In this document: positions 26,221 through 35,674 of the stretch, in pieces
Position numbering within the stretch: the stretch's first letter is position 1
Layout of the letters: each line of letters starts with the position of its first letter
IMG/VR virus record: IMGVR_UViG_3300021133_000015
Span: 1 to 36,311 of that record
DNA: 36,311 nucleotides
From: a virus
Lineage: Duplodnaviria; Caudoviricetes
Reading direction: 5' to 3' (one strand)
The notes under the pieces: generated by a model
What the model saw: only the letters and a program-made list of their open reading frames with translations
Told to the model about the DNA's origin: nothing
Database searches by the model: none
Translations under genes and position numbers: made by a program

Positions 26221-26928
26221 ATGCCCCTTCCTTTTACTTTTGCACCGCCGACCACGACCGCAACCGGCACAAACCTGGATCAGAACTTCAATGCCCTCGG
26301 TGCGTTGGTTCCCGTTCCCTGTACGGCATCGGGGACAAATGCGATTACCCTAACGCCGTTTTCGACCAACGTCCCGACCGTCACGGCGTTGGCAGATTAT
26401 GCGGTGTTCAGCGCCGTCGCGTCCGCAACAAACACAAGCTCCGTGACCATCGCAATCGGTTCGTTTTCGGCGCTGCCGTTGTATCGCGACTCTCTCAGTG
26501 GCCCGATTGCGCTAACGGCCGGTCAGATTGTCGCCGGAAACGCGATTTACGTTGTCTACGACGCCGCCTTGAACAGCGGGGGTGGCGGGTTCCATTTGTT
26601 GAACGTGCCACCGTCGGTGTCGGTTTCCGAAACCGGGTCGCCTACGACCGGCCAGATCGCGCAATGGTCCAGCAGCGCGTCGATCACGGGCTTGGCGACA
26701 ACTGGCACCGGTAACGCCGTTTTGGCGAGCAGCCCTACCCTGACCACGCCGATCACGACCGGCTACACTGTTGCGACGCTGCCCGCCGCTTCGACCGCGC
26801 TGCGCGGCGCTCGCGCCCATGTGACCGACGCGGCTCTTAGTTCAGCGTCGATAGGCGCCACACTTGCCGGCGGCGGCGCAAACGTCATGCCGGTGTTCTG
26901 CAACGGCACGGTTTGGGTGTATGGCTGA
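26221..26928 (+). CDS. Tail fibre/needle-like virion protein
   Basis: NLDQNFNALG, GTNAITLT, TGTGNAVLASSPTL, YTVATLP, PVFCNGTVW. Confidence 0.6.
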   Translation: MPLPFTFAPPTTTATGTNLDQNFNALGALVPVPCTASGTNAITLTPFSTNVPTVTALADYAVFSAVASATNTSSVTIAIGSFSALPLYRDSLSGPIALTAGQIVAGNAIYVVYDAALNSGGGGFHLLNVPPSVSVSETGSPTTGQIAQWSSSASITGLATTGTGNAVLASSPTLTTPITTGYTVATLPAASTALRGARAHVTDAALSSASIGATLAGGGANVMPVFCNGTVWVYG

Positions 26929-27275
26929 TGCTGGCAACCCTGTTCAACATCTTCCAGGATGAGATCGGGATGAACCAGTTCGCGTTTGCCAACGCGGATT
27001 TGCACCGTCGCCAAAACATCGCGATCTACCAAAAGCAATCGTTAGCGCCCGGCGTTCTGCCGTATTACGTGCTTGACCCGATCACTATGGGACCGGACTT
27101 GGTCAACTGGTTCCAGTTGCACCAAGACCTCCATACCCAGGTCAACCGGGTGTTAAACATTGCGGGTAACGACCTGTCGGACGTAGATTTCAAAAACCCT
27201 GAGCAACTTGCGTCTTGGATATTCCTGCATGCCCAAGAGCATCTGCAAGTCGCCAACAAGCTAGGTATAGGCTGA
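26928..27275 (+). CDS. Hypothetical virion-module protein
   Basis: TGATG-coupled start (MLATLFNIF...); WFQLHQDLH and WIFLHAQEH motifs. Confidence 0.65.
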   Translation: MLATLFNIFQDEIGMNQFAFANADLHRRQNIAIYQKQSLAPGVLPYYVLDPITMGPDLVNWFQLHQDLHTQVNRVLNIAGNDLSDVDFKNPEQLASWIFLHAQEHLQVANKLGIG

Positions 27276-27781
27276 TGATCGAACCTTCTCGCCCCCGCGC
27301 CCGTAAATTCGTGGTGCCGCCCGAACCCCCCGTTGCGGCAGTGTTTGATACCACGCCGCCGGCAAAAGCACCGGTTAGCCGCGTGCTGCCGACGGAAATA
27401 GACGAGCGGTTTGAATGGGCCGTGAAGCTTATTCAGGAAGATTTTGGCGAGCCGCCGGTCCCGCTGATCTTGCGCTGGATGCGATCGTGGTCGCTCGATA
27501 ATTCCTATAATTTCGCGCACACGGCAAACGCGGTGGGTTTGGCGATGATCTCGCAAGAGCCATTGACCACGAACCAGATCGTCCAGGAATTGTTCGTTTA
27601 CGCCAAACCTGGCCATCGCGGCGAGGCGTTGGATATATATAAACACTTCCATAATTGGATGAAAACGACCCGTTCAATCCGTTTCCGGTTTCACCATGTG
27701 GGTGGATCGGCCATTCGCGAGCTTGAACAGGTTTTCGGTTCACTGGAATACCAGAAAATGTGGTATGTGAACGCCGAGTAA
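27275..27781 (+). CDS. Putative GNAT-fold (acetyltransferase-like) virion-assembly protein
   Basis: TGATG-coupled start. QELFVYAKPGHRGEALDIYKHFHNWMK resembles GNAT motif A; same position as T7 gp13, before the ejection genes. Confidence 0.55.
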   Translation: MIEPSRPRARKFVVPPEPPVAAVFDTTPPAKAPVSRVLPTEIDERFEWAVKLIQEDFGEPPVPLILRWMRSWSLDNSYNFAHTANAVGLAMISQEPLTTNQIVQELFVYAKPGHRGEALDIYKHFHNWMKTTRSIRFRFHHVGGSAIRELEQVFGSLEYQKMWYVNAE

Positions 27782-27793
27782 AGGAACTCTCCT

Positions 27794-29140
27794 ATGTCTT
27801 GGCTCTCAAGCATCGTAAAGCACAACAAGAAAATCGCCCCGATCGTTGGCGACGTTTTGGCCGCTGGCCTGGGCTTGCTAACGGGCGGTGTGGGTTTTGG
27901 CCTTGAGGGCTTGGAACTCGCGGAAGCTGGCGCGCTGGGCGGCGCGCTAGGTGGCGGCCTGACTACGGCAGCCGGCGGCGGGAAACTTGGGCAAGATCTG
28001 CTTGGGGGACTGGGTGGCGCGGCGTTAGGGTTCGGCCTTGGCGAATTGGCCCCCGCTGCGGGTGGTTTTCTTTCCGGTCTTGGCGGAGGCGCGGGCGAAC
28101 TCGGCGCGGGCGTTGTGCCCGTTGCATCCGAGCCTTTGGCCCCTATTGACGCTGGAGTAAGTGCGGCGGCGGGCGGAGGTGTTGGGGCGGCCCCGGCAGA
28201 TCTTACGGCTTCTTTACAAGGACCAACGGCAAGCGGTCTTACGCTTGGTGAAGCGGCATCGGCGCAAGGGCCGACCTTATCTGGCCAGACGTTGGCTGAA
28301 ACCCTCGGTTCTGCCGCCCCGCCTCCTGGGGCTGATAACTACGCGTTCTTAGCTGATTCGTCCGGTGCCGGCGGTCCAAACGCCGCGCTTTCGGCAATGG
28401 GTGCCCCCATAAATTCCCCTGTGCCCAGTAGTGTCCCGGTCGGAAGCGACGTTGGATTTAGTCCTTCGGCGAGCAACGTCGTTAACCCCGAGCTTGGTGG
28501 TGCGTATGGCGCAGATTACGGCGCTACTACGGCTATACCTCCTCAGACTGCTCTTCAACAGGCTATGAATTTCGTAGGGTATACGCCTAGCGTAACTACG
28601 GAAGCCGGTTTGGGAACGGCGGCGGCAAACGCTGCTAAAGCGTCTTTCTTCTCTGACCCTATCGGGTATCTTGCGGCTAATCCGGGTGTCGGTATCGGCG
28701 CTGCGGGTCTTGGTGCCAGCGCCTTACGCTCGCAGCAGGGCCTACCGGGCGAAAGCGCGCTATCGTCGGAAGTGGGGGCGCTTCAGAGCGCCGGACAGAA
28801 AGAAACGCAAGCCGCGTTGAACAACGCGCTACCGGCGTCTGAACAGGCGCTTGTGAACCAGGCGCTTCAAGCCAGCATCGCCAATATTCGTTCGCAATAC
28901 GCGCAGATGGGCCTTAGTGGCTCGTCGCAAGAGCAACAGGCGATCGCCAACGCCCAGCAACAGGCCGCGACAACGGGCGGCCAATACCTTCAGACGCTGC
29001 TGCAACAGGGGACACAGACCAGCCAGGCGGCGGGTCAGTTGGCAAACGCCCTCGCGGCGCTTAACCTGCAACAGCAGCAGGGCCTCACGCAGTCGTTGGG
29101 TAGCTTCACGGGCGCGTTGGCCGGCGGCAAACTGTCGTAA
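27794..29140 (+). CDS. Putative internal virion (ejection) protein, Gly/Ala-rich
   Basis: AAGGA RBS; glycine-zipper hydrophobic N-terminus; Gln-rich helical C-terminus. Confidence 0.65.
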   Translation: MSWLSSIVKHNKKIAPIVGDVLAAGLGLLTGGVGFGLEGLELAEAGALGGALGGGLTTAAGGGKLGQDLLGGLGGAALGFGLGELAPAAGGFLSGLGGGAGELGAGVVPVASEPLAPIDAGVSAAAGGGVGAAPADLTASLQGPTASGLTLGEAASAQGPTLSGQTLAETLGSAAPPPGADNYAFLADSSGAGGPNAALSAMGAPINSPVPSSVPVGSDVGFSPSASNVVNPELGGAYGADYGATTAIPPQTALQQAMNFVGYTPSVTTEAGLGTAAANAAKASFFSDPIGYLAANPGVGIGAAGLGASALRSQQGLPGESALSSEVGALQSAGQKETQAALNNALPASEQALVNQALQASIANIRSQYAQMGLSGSSQEQQAIANAQQQAATTGGQYLQTLLQQGTQTSQAAGQLANALAALNLQQQQGLTQSLGSFTGALAGGKLS

Positions 29141-29149
29141 GGATAAATT

Positions 29150-29638
29150 ATGGCGTTTACGGATCCTTCCTCGGTTCTTGGCACCCTGCTTGGCGGGGGC
29201 GTGCTCGGTTACGAGGCGCTGAACATGAACAAGGCGCTCCCAGGCGTAAATACGCTGATGACGGGCGGCCAAAACATGATGAACGTGGGGAACACGCTCA
29301 CGGCGCAGGGGCTGACGGGCGTTTTACCGCCGTCAATGAGTGCTCAAGTGCAGCAAGCAACGGACGCCCAGATCGCCGCTCAAAAACAGCAATTCGCCCA
29401 CATGGGGCTGTCTAATTCGACGATGGCCGTGCAGGCGCAAAACCACGTTCGGGACGAAGCCGCCGCGTTAGAAGGCCAGATGTCGATGGGGTTGCTGAAG
29501 CAGGGCCTAGCCGCCACAGGGGTCGGCATGGGCGAGGTCGAAGACGCGATCAAAATATACGGCACGCAGTTGGCGGACTTTGAAAAGTCGATGATGTCGT
29601 TCTCACGCGCGCTAGCAGGAGGGTCGACAGGTGGCTGA
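29150..29638 (+). CDS. Putative internal virion protein, paralogue of the C-terminal part of the upstream gene
   Basis: Shared LPG, Q(Y/F)A(Q/H)MGLS-S, LL(Q/K)QG and SF--ALAGG motifs. Confidence 0.65.
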   Translation: MAFTDPSSVLGTLLGGGVLGYEALNMNKALPGVNTLMTGGQNMMNVGNTLTAQGLTGVLPPSMSAQVQQATDAQIAAQKQQFAHMGLSNSTMAVQAQNHVRDEAAALEGQMSMGLLKQGLAATGVGMGEVEDAIKIYGTQLADFEKSMMSFSRALAGGSTGG

Positions 29639-31691
29639 TCCGGTAGACACAGCGAATGTTCTAGCGGGCAACGTGGGCGTAAATCCCGTTTCAGCTGACG
29701 TTGCCGCCGCTCTAGACCGCATATATCGACTACCGCCCGGCGAGCGTTACGGCGGAGGCAACCCGGCGCAAATGCGTGACCCTGCTGTCGCCGCGGTGGG
29801 TAACATTGCCCCGGTTGTCGCTGCCTCGGCACCTCCGGCTGCCGGTTCGCCCGCGGCCGCCGTCGATCAAAACCCGGCATTAGCCCCTATTAGGCAACGT
29901 GAAAGCGGTGGCGACCCGAATGTTGGATATGGCGGGGTAGATCTGTCCAAAGCTCCGCTCGGGCCGAACGGCTTTCCTCAATGGGAAGGCAAAATGGGGC
30001 CTGCGGGTATTTCTCACGCAGCCGGTCTTTACCAAATTGAGCCGGGTACGTGGAACCCTATCGCCGCAGAGTTGGGGATCACCGATTTTTCGCCCCAATC
30101 GCAAACCCGCGTCGCAAATGAAATTTACAAGCGGTATGGCGTGGCGCCGTGGGACGCTAGTGCGCCGGGCAGCAGTGGCAGGGGCGGTTACGGGGGTTTT
30201 GTCCGCCAACAAATTGAAAGCGAAAAGCAAGCCTACTCCCAACACCAAGCCCAAATCCAACAATATTTGGCTCAAAACCGGTATGTGTCGGAAGAACAGC
30301 CAAAATGGACGTTCAAACCGCCTGAATTCGACGCTATGAAAGCGTTTGGTTCGACCGCCAGTGTGCTGGGCATTCTGATGGGCGCCCTAACCCGTGGCGG
30401 CATAACCGCGTCCTTGAACGCGTCGGCTTCTGCCATGACGGCAATCCGTCAAAACGACCTGATGGCTTATAAGGAAGCCAAAGATACGTGGGAAAAGAAC
30501 ACGGAACTGGCGATCAAGAACGCCAAAGCCCATAATGAAGCGGTCAACCGCGGCCTTGAGATCGCCAAGTCCAATTGGGGCGAATATTCGGCCCACATGG
30601 CGCGTGTCGGCGCGTTATACGGCGATTTGGCTAAGTATGAAGATCCGGAGGCTGTGGAAGGCCGGTTAATACAGCGACAGACCGCTCTTTTGAAATTTCA
30701 ACAATCCCAACGAGACGCACAAATTGAATCAGATAACAATTTGGTCGATCTAAACCGGGCTGCTGAAATTCTTGGGGTAAAGCCGGAAGATCTTAAAACC
30801 GCAAACCCGGCACAGGTGGCAAAAGCGAAAGAGTCGGCGCGGCTTGAGCGCGCCGCCGCAGAAAACGTTGCCACACATCCCGAAACGGCGGCAAATGTAT
30901 TGGGTAAAGCGCATGCCACGGCTGCCGTCCTTCGCGCACAAGAACAGCATAGAGAACAATGGAACGCGGCTTCTTCAGACCAAAAAGCCGCGTGGATCGC
31001 GGAAGCGGATAATGAGCTAAAAGCGGAACAAGCCGCTACGACGGCCGCTGCCCGAGCGGGAGGTAAGCCCAAGACCGCGGCTAGTAATCTCATTTTCAAA
31101 GCCACAGGGGAAATCTACCCCGATAAAGACGCGGATAAAATTGTGTCGTCGATACGATCCGCCCAACGCATCCAACGGTTGATAGAAACTTCAAAAGACC
31201 CCGATATTGAAGCCGGGTTTGGTGAAATAGGTTCCAAATTAACCGGGATTAAAAATTGGTTGTCTAGAAACGTCACCGGGCGCGACAAAAGAGATGAGGT
31301 GTCTGTTGACGGGCTGGAAAACGAGCTTAGCGATTTGTCGGGTACGGATAAGTTCTCTGTTTGGTACAAACAAGCTATGTTTGATATCTTGGAAGCAGAA
31401 CGAGCAGCGCGCGGGGGGTCGTTGTTGCCCGTCGGTGTTCTCACTCGATTGACGCCGTTGTTGGACCCTAAAAACTTAAGCGGCAACTCGTTCCGAAGAA
31501 TTATGAAAGATCGTAGTCAGGATATGTTGGAGGGAACAAATCTTGGCAAAACCGACCTTACAAAATTGTCCGACTATATGACGACGCAGCAAAACGGCAC
31601 GCCATCGGTTACGCCTGCGGCCAAGACGCCAGCGGGCGGCACGCCGGCGGCTACCTCTGTGCCGCCAAATGTCTCAGTGAGTGGGTGGTAA
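29631..31691 (+). CDS. Internal virion protein with lysozyme-like (transglycosylase/Rpf-like) domain
   Basis: IRQRESGGD (catalytic Glu), AAGLYQIEPGTW, DFSPQSQTRVA, GVAPW at about 29888-30155; AGGAGG before the GTG start. Confidence 0.75.
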   Translation: MADPVDTANVLAGNVGVNPVSADVAAALDRIYRLPPGERYGGGNPAQMRDPAVAAVGNIAPVVAASAPPAAGSPAAAVDQNPALAPIRQRESGGDPNVGYGGVDLSKAPLGPNGFPQWEGKMGPAGISHAAGLYQIEPGTWNPIAAELGITDFSPQSQTRVANEIYKRYGVAPWDASAPGSSGRGGYGGFVRQQIESEKQAYSQHQAQIQQYLAQNRYVSEEQPKWTFKPPEFDAMKAFGSTASVLGILMGALTRGGITASLNASASAMTAIRQNDLMAYKEAKDTWEKNTELAIKNAKAHNEAVNRGLEIAKSNWGEYSAHMARVGALYGDLAKYEDPEAVEGRLIQRQTALLKFQQSQRDAQIESDNNLVDLNRAAEILGVKPEDLKTANPAQVAKAKESARLERAAAENVATHPETAANVLGKAHATAAVLRAQEQHREQWNAASSDQKAAWIAEADNELKAEQAATTAAARAGGKPKTAASNLIFKATGEIYPDKDADKIVSSIRSAQRIQRLIETSKDPDIEAGFGEIGSKLTGIKNWLSRNVTGRDKRDEVSVDGLENELSDLSGTDKFSVWYKQAMFDILEAERAARGGSLLPVGVLTRLTPLLDPKNLSGNSFRRIMKDRSQDMLEGTNLGKTDLTKLSDYMTTQQNGTPSVTPAAKTPAGGTPAATSVPPNVSVSGW

Positions 31692-31694
31692 CCG

Positions 31695-34139
31695 ATGGCT
31701 GACATTACAGTCACGTTTTCTGACGGCAAACAACACCGCTACCAGAACGCCCCCGACACGCTTTCTGCGACCGACGTGTATGATCGTGTTGCTAAAGATT
31801 TTCCCGGTCTATCAATTTCAAAATTAGACCGGGTAGCGGGAACCGCGCCCACAGATCCAGAGGTCGCCAGGCTTCGTGCTCGAGGCTACGCCCCGATGCC
31901 GGGCGATCCGGATTATCGTGCTGAACCAGATTTAGCGCGGCCGACCACGGCGCAACAAAGAGCGGCAAATACCCCACCTGAAGGGCCTTTCACCGAATTT
32001 CCCGGCATGGCGCAATTTGCGGAAAACGTCCGGCCGTATATGCCGTCTCCCCGCGACGTGCTTGGCGCGCTGGAAGCGTTTCCGCCTGATGCGGCCGCAG
32101 CACGCGCTGCGGCCGCTCTAACCACAGGGGCGGGACGGTTTCTAATGTCGCCTGTTTCCAGTTTAGAATCGGGCTTTAACGCCATTGTGAACCCGGCTAT
32201 CCGGACTTTCAAAACGGCGTTAGGTTCGGGGGTTTCCGAAGCGGAAAGCGCGGCTCGCACGGCGCGCGAAGCGGCAACTGGCGTTACTGAAGGGTTGCGC
32301 GCAAAAACCTTGGCGCCGGTTACTCAAACGGTGGAACAAGAAGCCGCAAGAGCAGCCGAGGTCCAAAAACGGCTCGACGCTATCGCTTCAGCGCTAGCGC
32401 AATTGGCTGAACGGGACGTTCTCCAAGCCACGGTAAGACCGGGTGAATTGCCCGCTACTCTGGCCGAACAACGCGCCGCCCACCAAGCCGGGGCCGGGGC
32501 GCCTTCTATTCTTCAAGCTCGCGAAGGCGCGCTATCTCGCTTGCGCGAACGGGCTAACACAATCCGCGCCCAGATAAAAATTTTGGGTGGGTCAGAATTA
32601 GACGCGCAACACGCGATTGCCGAGGCCGAAGAGCGGTCGTTAGCGGCGCGTGCCGCTGCAGAAAACTTTGCAGCGGAATTATCTTCTCGGCCTACCATAA
32701 CCAAAGAAGAATTTGGCTCCCGCGTTAGATCAATCGTTCAAAACCTCCATGACCGCGGCGAAGAGGCGAGGAGCAAAGCCGCGGGTTTTAATAAAGCGGT
32801 TTCAGAAGCTCCCGAGGGTTTAATTGTTCCTACAAAAGACATCATTAAGAATATATACACAATTTTAGAACGAACGGCTAACCCAGAAATTGAAAACCCT
32901 CTTAAAGCGGTCATTAGCCGGCTAACAACGCCGCAACCGGTCGAACGCTTAGCAAGCCGAATGACGCTAAGCGGCGTGGCTCAAGACGTGGAGCAAGGCA
33001 CAGAGAACGTTCCCGCCATGACGCTCGAACGTGCTGACAGCCTCCGTAAATGGCTAAACCAAGTGATTAGCAGCAAAAAAATTACGTTAGAAAACGGCGG
33101 TCAAGGGAGCGTGTCCGCCGCTATCCGCGAATTAACAGACATCCGTGACTCTCTTTCAACAGCCGCCGGCGAGGCTCATAAACCCTATAAAAAAGCGCTT
33201 GAAACGTGGGCTCGGCTGTCTGATCCCTTACGTCAGACGACCGGAAAAGGGGCCCTTCGTCGCATCATCCAAACCGACACGCAGGCGCGTGAAGAATTAC
33301 TCGGTACCGCGGATGTTGTGGGGCATCTTATAAACCAAGCTAAAAGCGGAAAACCGGTTATCACATCGCTGATAGCGGAAGACCCGGAATTGGTTAACGC
33401 CGCCCGATATTATTTCAATCGGAGGTTGTTTAGCGGTCAAACCGCGCCATCCGTTTCTCGTTTAGATACTTTTTTGGGTAACAACGAAGGGGTTTTGCGT
33501 CAGTTTGGACTATACGACGAATTCAAAACCTTGGCCGGGGCTAGAGCAGCGGGCGATAAAGCTATAGCCCAAGCCGGCGAGGCAATCGCCCAAGCGCAAA
33601 AAACCGCGCGCCAAATCGCCCAAGCGCGAAAAACCGCAACTCAAGCGGAAACTGCAACCACGCGCCTTATTCCAAAACAAGCCCAGCGCGTCGCAGAAGC
33701 GGTTCCAACCGCCGCTGAAGACATTGCCGCGGCTCGAGCGAAACGGGCAACACAAGCGGCTGCTCGTTTAGAAAAACAAACCTCCACTCTTCGTCCGGCT
33801 TTAACAAAAGCACAAAGCCGGCAAAGAGAGTATCAAGCTTTGGAAACTGAATTGGCGCCCGGCAATTCTACGCCTACCGAGTCTGTGGCCAAAGCTAAAG
33901 TGGCAGCAAAAAAAATGTTTGACGACGGTATCATTACTCAAAATGAATACAACGCATTTTTAGGTCATATTCAAGAAGCAAAAACGGCCATTGAACGCGC
34001 CACTGAAACTGAAAAGACCGTAGAAGCAGCGCGAACTGCGCGTGCAAAGGCCCAAAGAAATCTCCTAATCGCAGCCGGGGCTGTTTTAGGGGCTCGTTCC
34101 GCCGCCCACACCGCTTATGGATATTTCTCTGACCGATGA
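31695..34139 (+). CDS. Large Ala-rich helical internal virion (DNA ejection) protein
   Basis: 814 aa, helical composition, last of the large ejection-type genes. Confidence 0.65.
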   Translation: MADITVTFSDGKQHRYQNAPDTLSATDVYDRVAKDFPGLSISKLDRVAGTAPTDPEVARLRARGYAPMPGDPDYRAEPDLARPTTAQQRAANTPPEGPFTEFPGMAQFAENVRPYMPSPRDVLGALEAFPPDAAAARAAAALTTGAGRFLMSPVSSLESGFNAIVNPAIRTFKTALGSGVSEAESAARTAREAATGVTEGLRAKTLAPVTQTVEQEAARAAEVQKRLDAIASALAQLAERDVLQATVRPGELPATLAEQRAAHQAGAGAPSILQAREGALSRLRERANTIRAQIKILGGSELDAQHAIAEAEERSLAARAAAENFAAELSSRPTITKEEFGSRVRSIVQNLHDRGEEARSKAAGFNKAVSEAPEGLIVPTKDIIKNIYTILERTANPEIENPLKAVISRLTTPQPVERLASRMTLSGVAQDVEQGTENVPAMTLERADSLRKWLNQVISSKKITLENGGQGSVSAAIRELTDIRDSLSTAAGEAHKPYKKALETWARLSDPLRQTTGKGALRRIIQTDTQAREELLGTADVVGHLINQAKSGKPVITSLIAEDPELVNAARYYFNRRLFSGQTAPSVSRLDTFLGNNEGVLRQFGLYDEFKTLAGARAAGDKAIAQAGEAIAQAQKTARQIAQARKTATQAETATTRLIPKQAQRVAEAVPTAAEDIAAARAKRATQAAARLEKQTSTLRPALTKAQSRQREYQALETELAPGNSTPTESVAKAKVAAKKMFDDGIITQNEYNAFLGHIQEAKTAIERATETEKTVEAARTARAKAQRNLLIAAGAVLGARSAAHTAYGYFSDR

Positions 34140-34396
34140 CTCTATTCACCCCCTCCTCCACCGACGAGGCTGATCAGATCGGTTCACGCTTGGCTTCGCT
34201 GGCTATAAAAATAGCTGACGAAGCCTCCGCTGATGCGGTAGGATTGGCTGACCGGATAGATGCGTTTAAGGTGTTGACCACCTACTACGTGAACACGACC
34301 AAGATCGGCGCCCGTGCTGATCCTGAACCTGAAGACGGAGTGCCGACGTTTGACAACCTCCAGCAACGCATCCAGGCTGCGTCAGGTCGGACCTGA
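34136..34396 (+). CDS. Hypothetical protein
   Basis: ATGA-coupled 86-aa ORF. Confidence 0.6.
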   Translation: MTLFTPSSTDEADQIGSRLASLAIKIADEASADAVGLADRIDAFKVLTTYYVNTTKIGARADPEPEDGVPTFDNLQQRIQAASGRT

Positions 34397-34658
34397 CCTC
34401 GAAGTCCCCGCCGCCGCGCCCGCTGCTCACGCCGCACCCGCCGCCCAGGACCAGGCCCTCAGTCTTCTGCTACTGGCGCTCAAGGCCCTGAGCCAGCGCA
34501 CGATCGTCGCCATCGCGCAGCTCGCCGCGGTTATGGCCCTGGCGTCCGTGTGGTGGCTGTTTTATGCCGCGCTGCCGATCGACCCGTCCGTTCATCAACT
34601 CACCGGCCTGGGCATGTATGGCGCGTTCGTCCTGGCCGTCCTGTGGATCAAACGCTGA
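34350..34658 (+). CDS. Membrane protein (holin candidate)
   Basis: GGAG at 34337-34340 before TTG 34350 (start uncertain); two to three hydrophobic helices; basic C-terminus KR. Confidence 0.5.
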   Translation: MTTSSNASRLRQVGPDLEVPAAAPAAHAAPAAQDQALSLLLLALKALSQRTIVAIAQLAAVMALASVWWLFYAALPIDPSVHQLTGLGMYGAFVLAVLWIKR

Positions 34659-34825
34659 TGCCTTGGAAACCGTCCGAAGCTAAAGCAAAGACCAAAGCCG
34701 CCGCCACACCAAAGGCGAAACGGCAATGGTCGCACGTCGCGAACGCCGCTTTGAAACGCGGCGCGTCTGAAGGGTCTGCTATTCGGCAGGCCAACGCCGT
34801 TGTTAAAAGGAAACCGAAGTCATGA
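34658..34825 (+). CDS. Small basic protein (55 aa)
   Basis: TGATG-coupled MPWKPSEAKAKTK...RQWSHVANAALKRGASEGSAIRQANAVVK. Confidence 0.7.
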   Translation: MPWKPSEAKAKTKAAATPKAKRQWSHVANAALKRGASEGSAIRQANAVVKRKPKS

Positions 34826-34986
34826 AGAAGCCAGTCGCAAAGAAGGTTATGGGCAAAGCCGATATGTCCGGCAAGCCTCGTATGGGCGGCAAGCCCGACG
34901 TTGTGATCGCCATCCCGGCCAAGGGCGACAAGCGCCCGCCCGCTAAGGCCGCGGGTCGTAAAGCTGCAGCGAAGGCCGGATACTAA
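34822..34986 (+). CDS. Small Lys-rich protein (54 aa)
   Basis: Below the ORF-track cutoff. MKKPVAKKVMGKADMSGKPRMGGKPDVVIAIPAKGDKRPPAKAAGRKAAAKAGY; ATGA overlap; fills the gap. Confidence 0.65.
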   Translation: MKKPVAKKVMGKADMSGKPRMGGKPDVVIAIPAKGDKRPPAKAAGRKAAAKAGY

Positions 34987-34990
34987 CCCT

Positions 34991-35674
34991 GTGACTGTTC
35001 AGCAAGGCGGCGTCATAACCCCTGGTCATGTCGCGTCGTGGGCCATCGATGGGGTGGTCCAGGACGCCGGCACGGCAACGGAACCGAAGGTCAACAGCCT
35101 GGGGCTGTATGGCAACGGTGGGACGCCGCTTGGCATTACGAACAGTGAATACGCCTGGCCGTTCTACGGGGCCTACACGACGATGGGTTTCGGCGTGTCC
35201 CAAACGGCCGCGTATACGTCGGTTTTCGGGACGCAGGATCTGCCGTATCAGATCATCGTCAACGGCGTGGTGCAAGCGACCTTTGGCCCCAACGGGGCTG
35301 AATTTACGTTAGCTTCTCCGCTACTGCCGGCAGACGGTGGCACTGGGTTATCCGCCACCCCCGCCGCCGGTCAACTGCTGATCGGAAACGGCACGGGGTA
35401 TACTCTGGCCACGCTGACGGCGGGGTTGAATACCAGCATCGCTAACACCCCAGGCGGCATCACGATCAGCAGTGGCGTTGGGCCAAGCGGCGTGTTGCCG
35501 GTGGGCAGCGGCGGCACCGGGGCCACAACGCTGACGGGGTTTGTGTTTGGTAACGGCACGGCGGCACTGACCACTGTGGCTAGCACTGGCACCGGTAACG
35601 TGGTGCTTGCCAGCGGCGCCACGCTGACGTCGGCGACTTTGGCCACCCACGGAACGGTGACTTTTGCCCCATGA
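34991..35674 (+). CDS. Tail fibre-like protein, paralogue A
   Basis: GGTGLSATP..GQLLIGNGTGY, LPVGSGGTGATTL and TGTGNVVLAS fibre-type repeats. Confidence 0.65.
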   Translation: MTVQQGGVITPGHVASWAIDGVVQDAGTATEPKVNSLGLYGNGGTPLGITNSEYAWPFYGAYTTMGFGVSQTAAYTSVFGTQDLPYQIIVNGVVQATFGPNGAEFTLASPLLPADGGTGLSATPAAGQLLIGNGTGYTLATLTAGLNTSIANTPGGITISSGVGPSGVLPVGSGGTGATTLTGFVFGNGTAALTTVASTGTGNVVLASGATLTSATLATHGTVTFAP

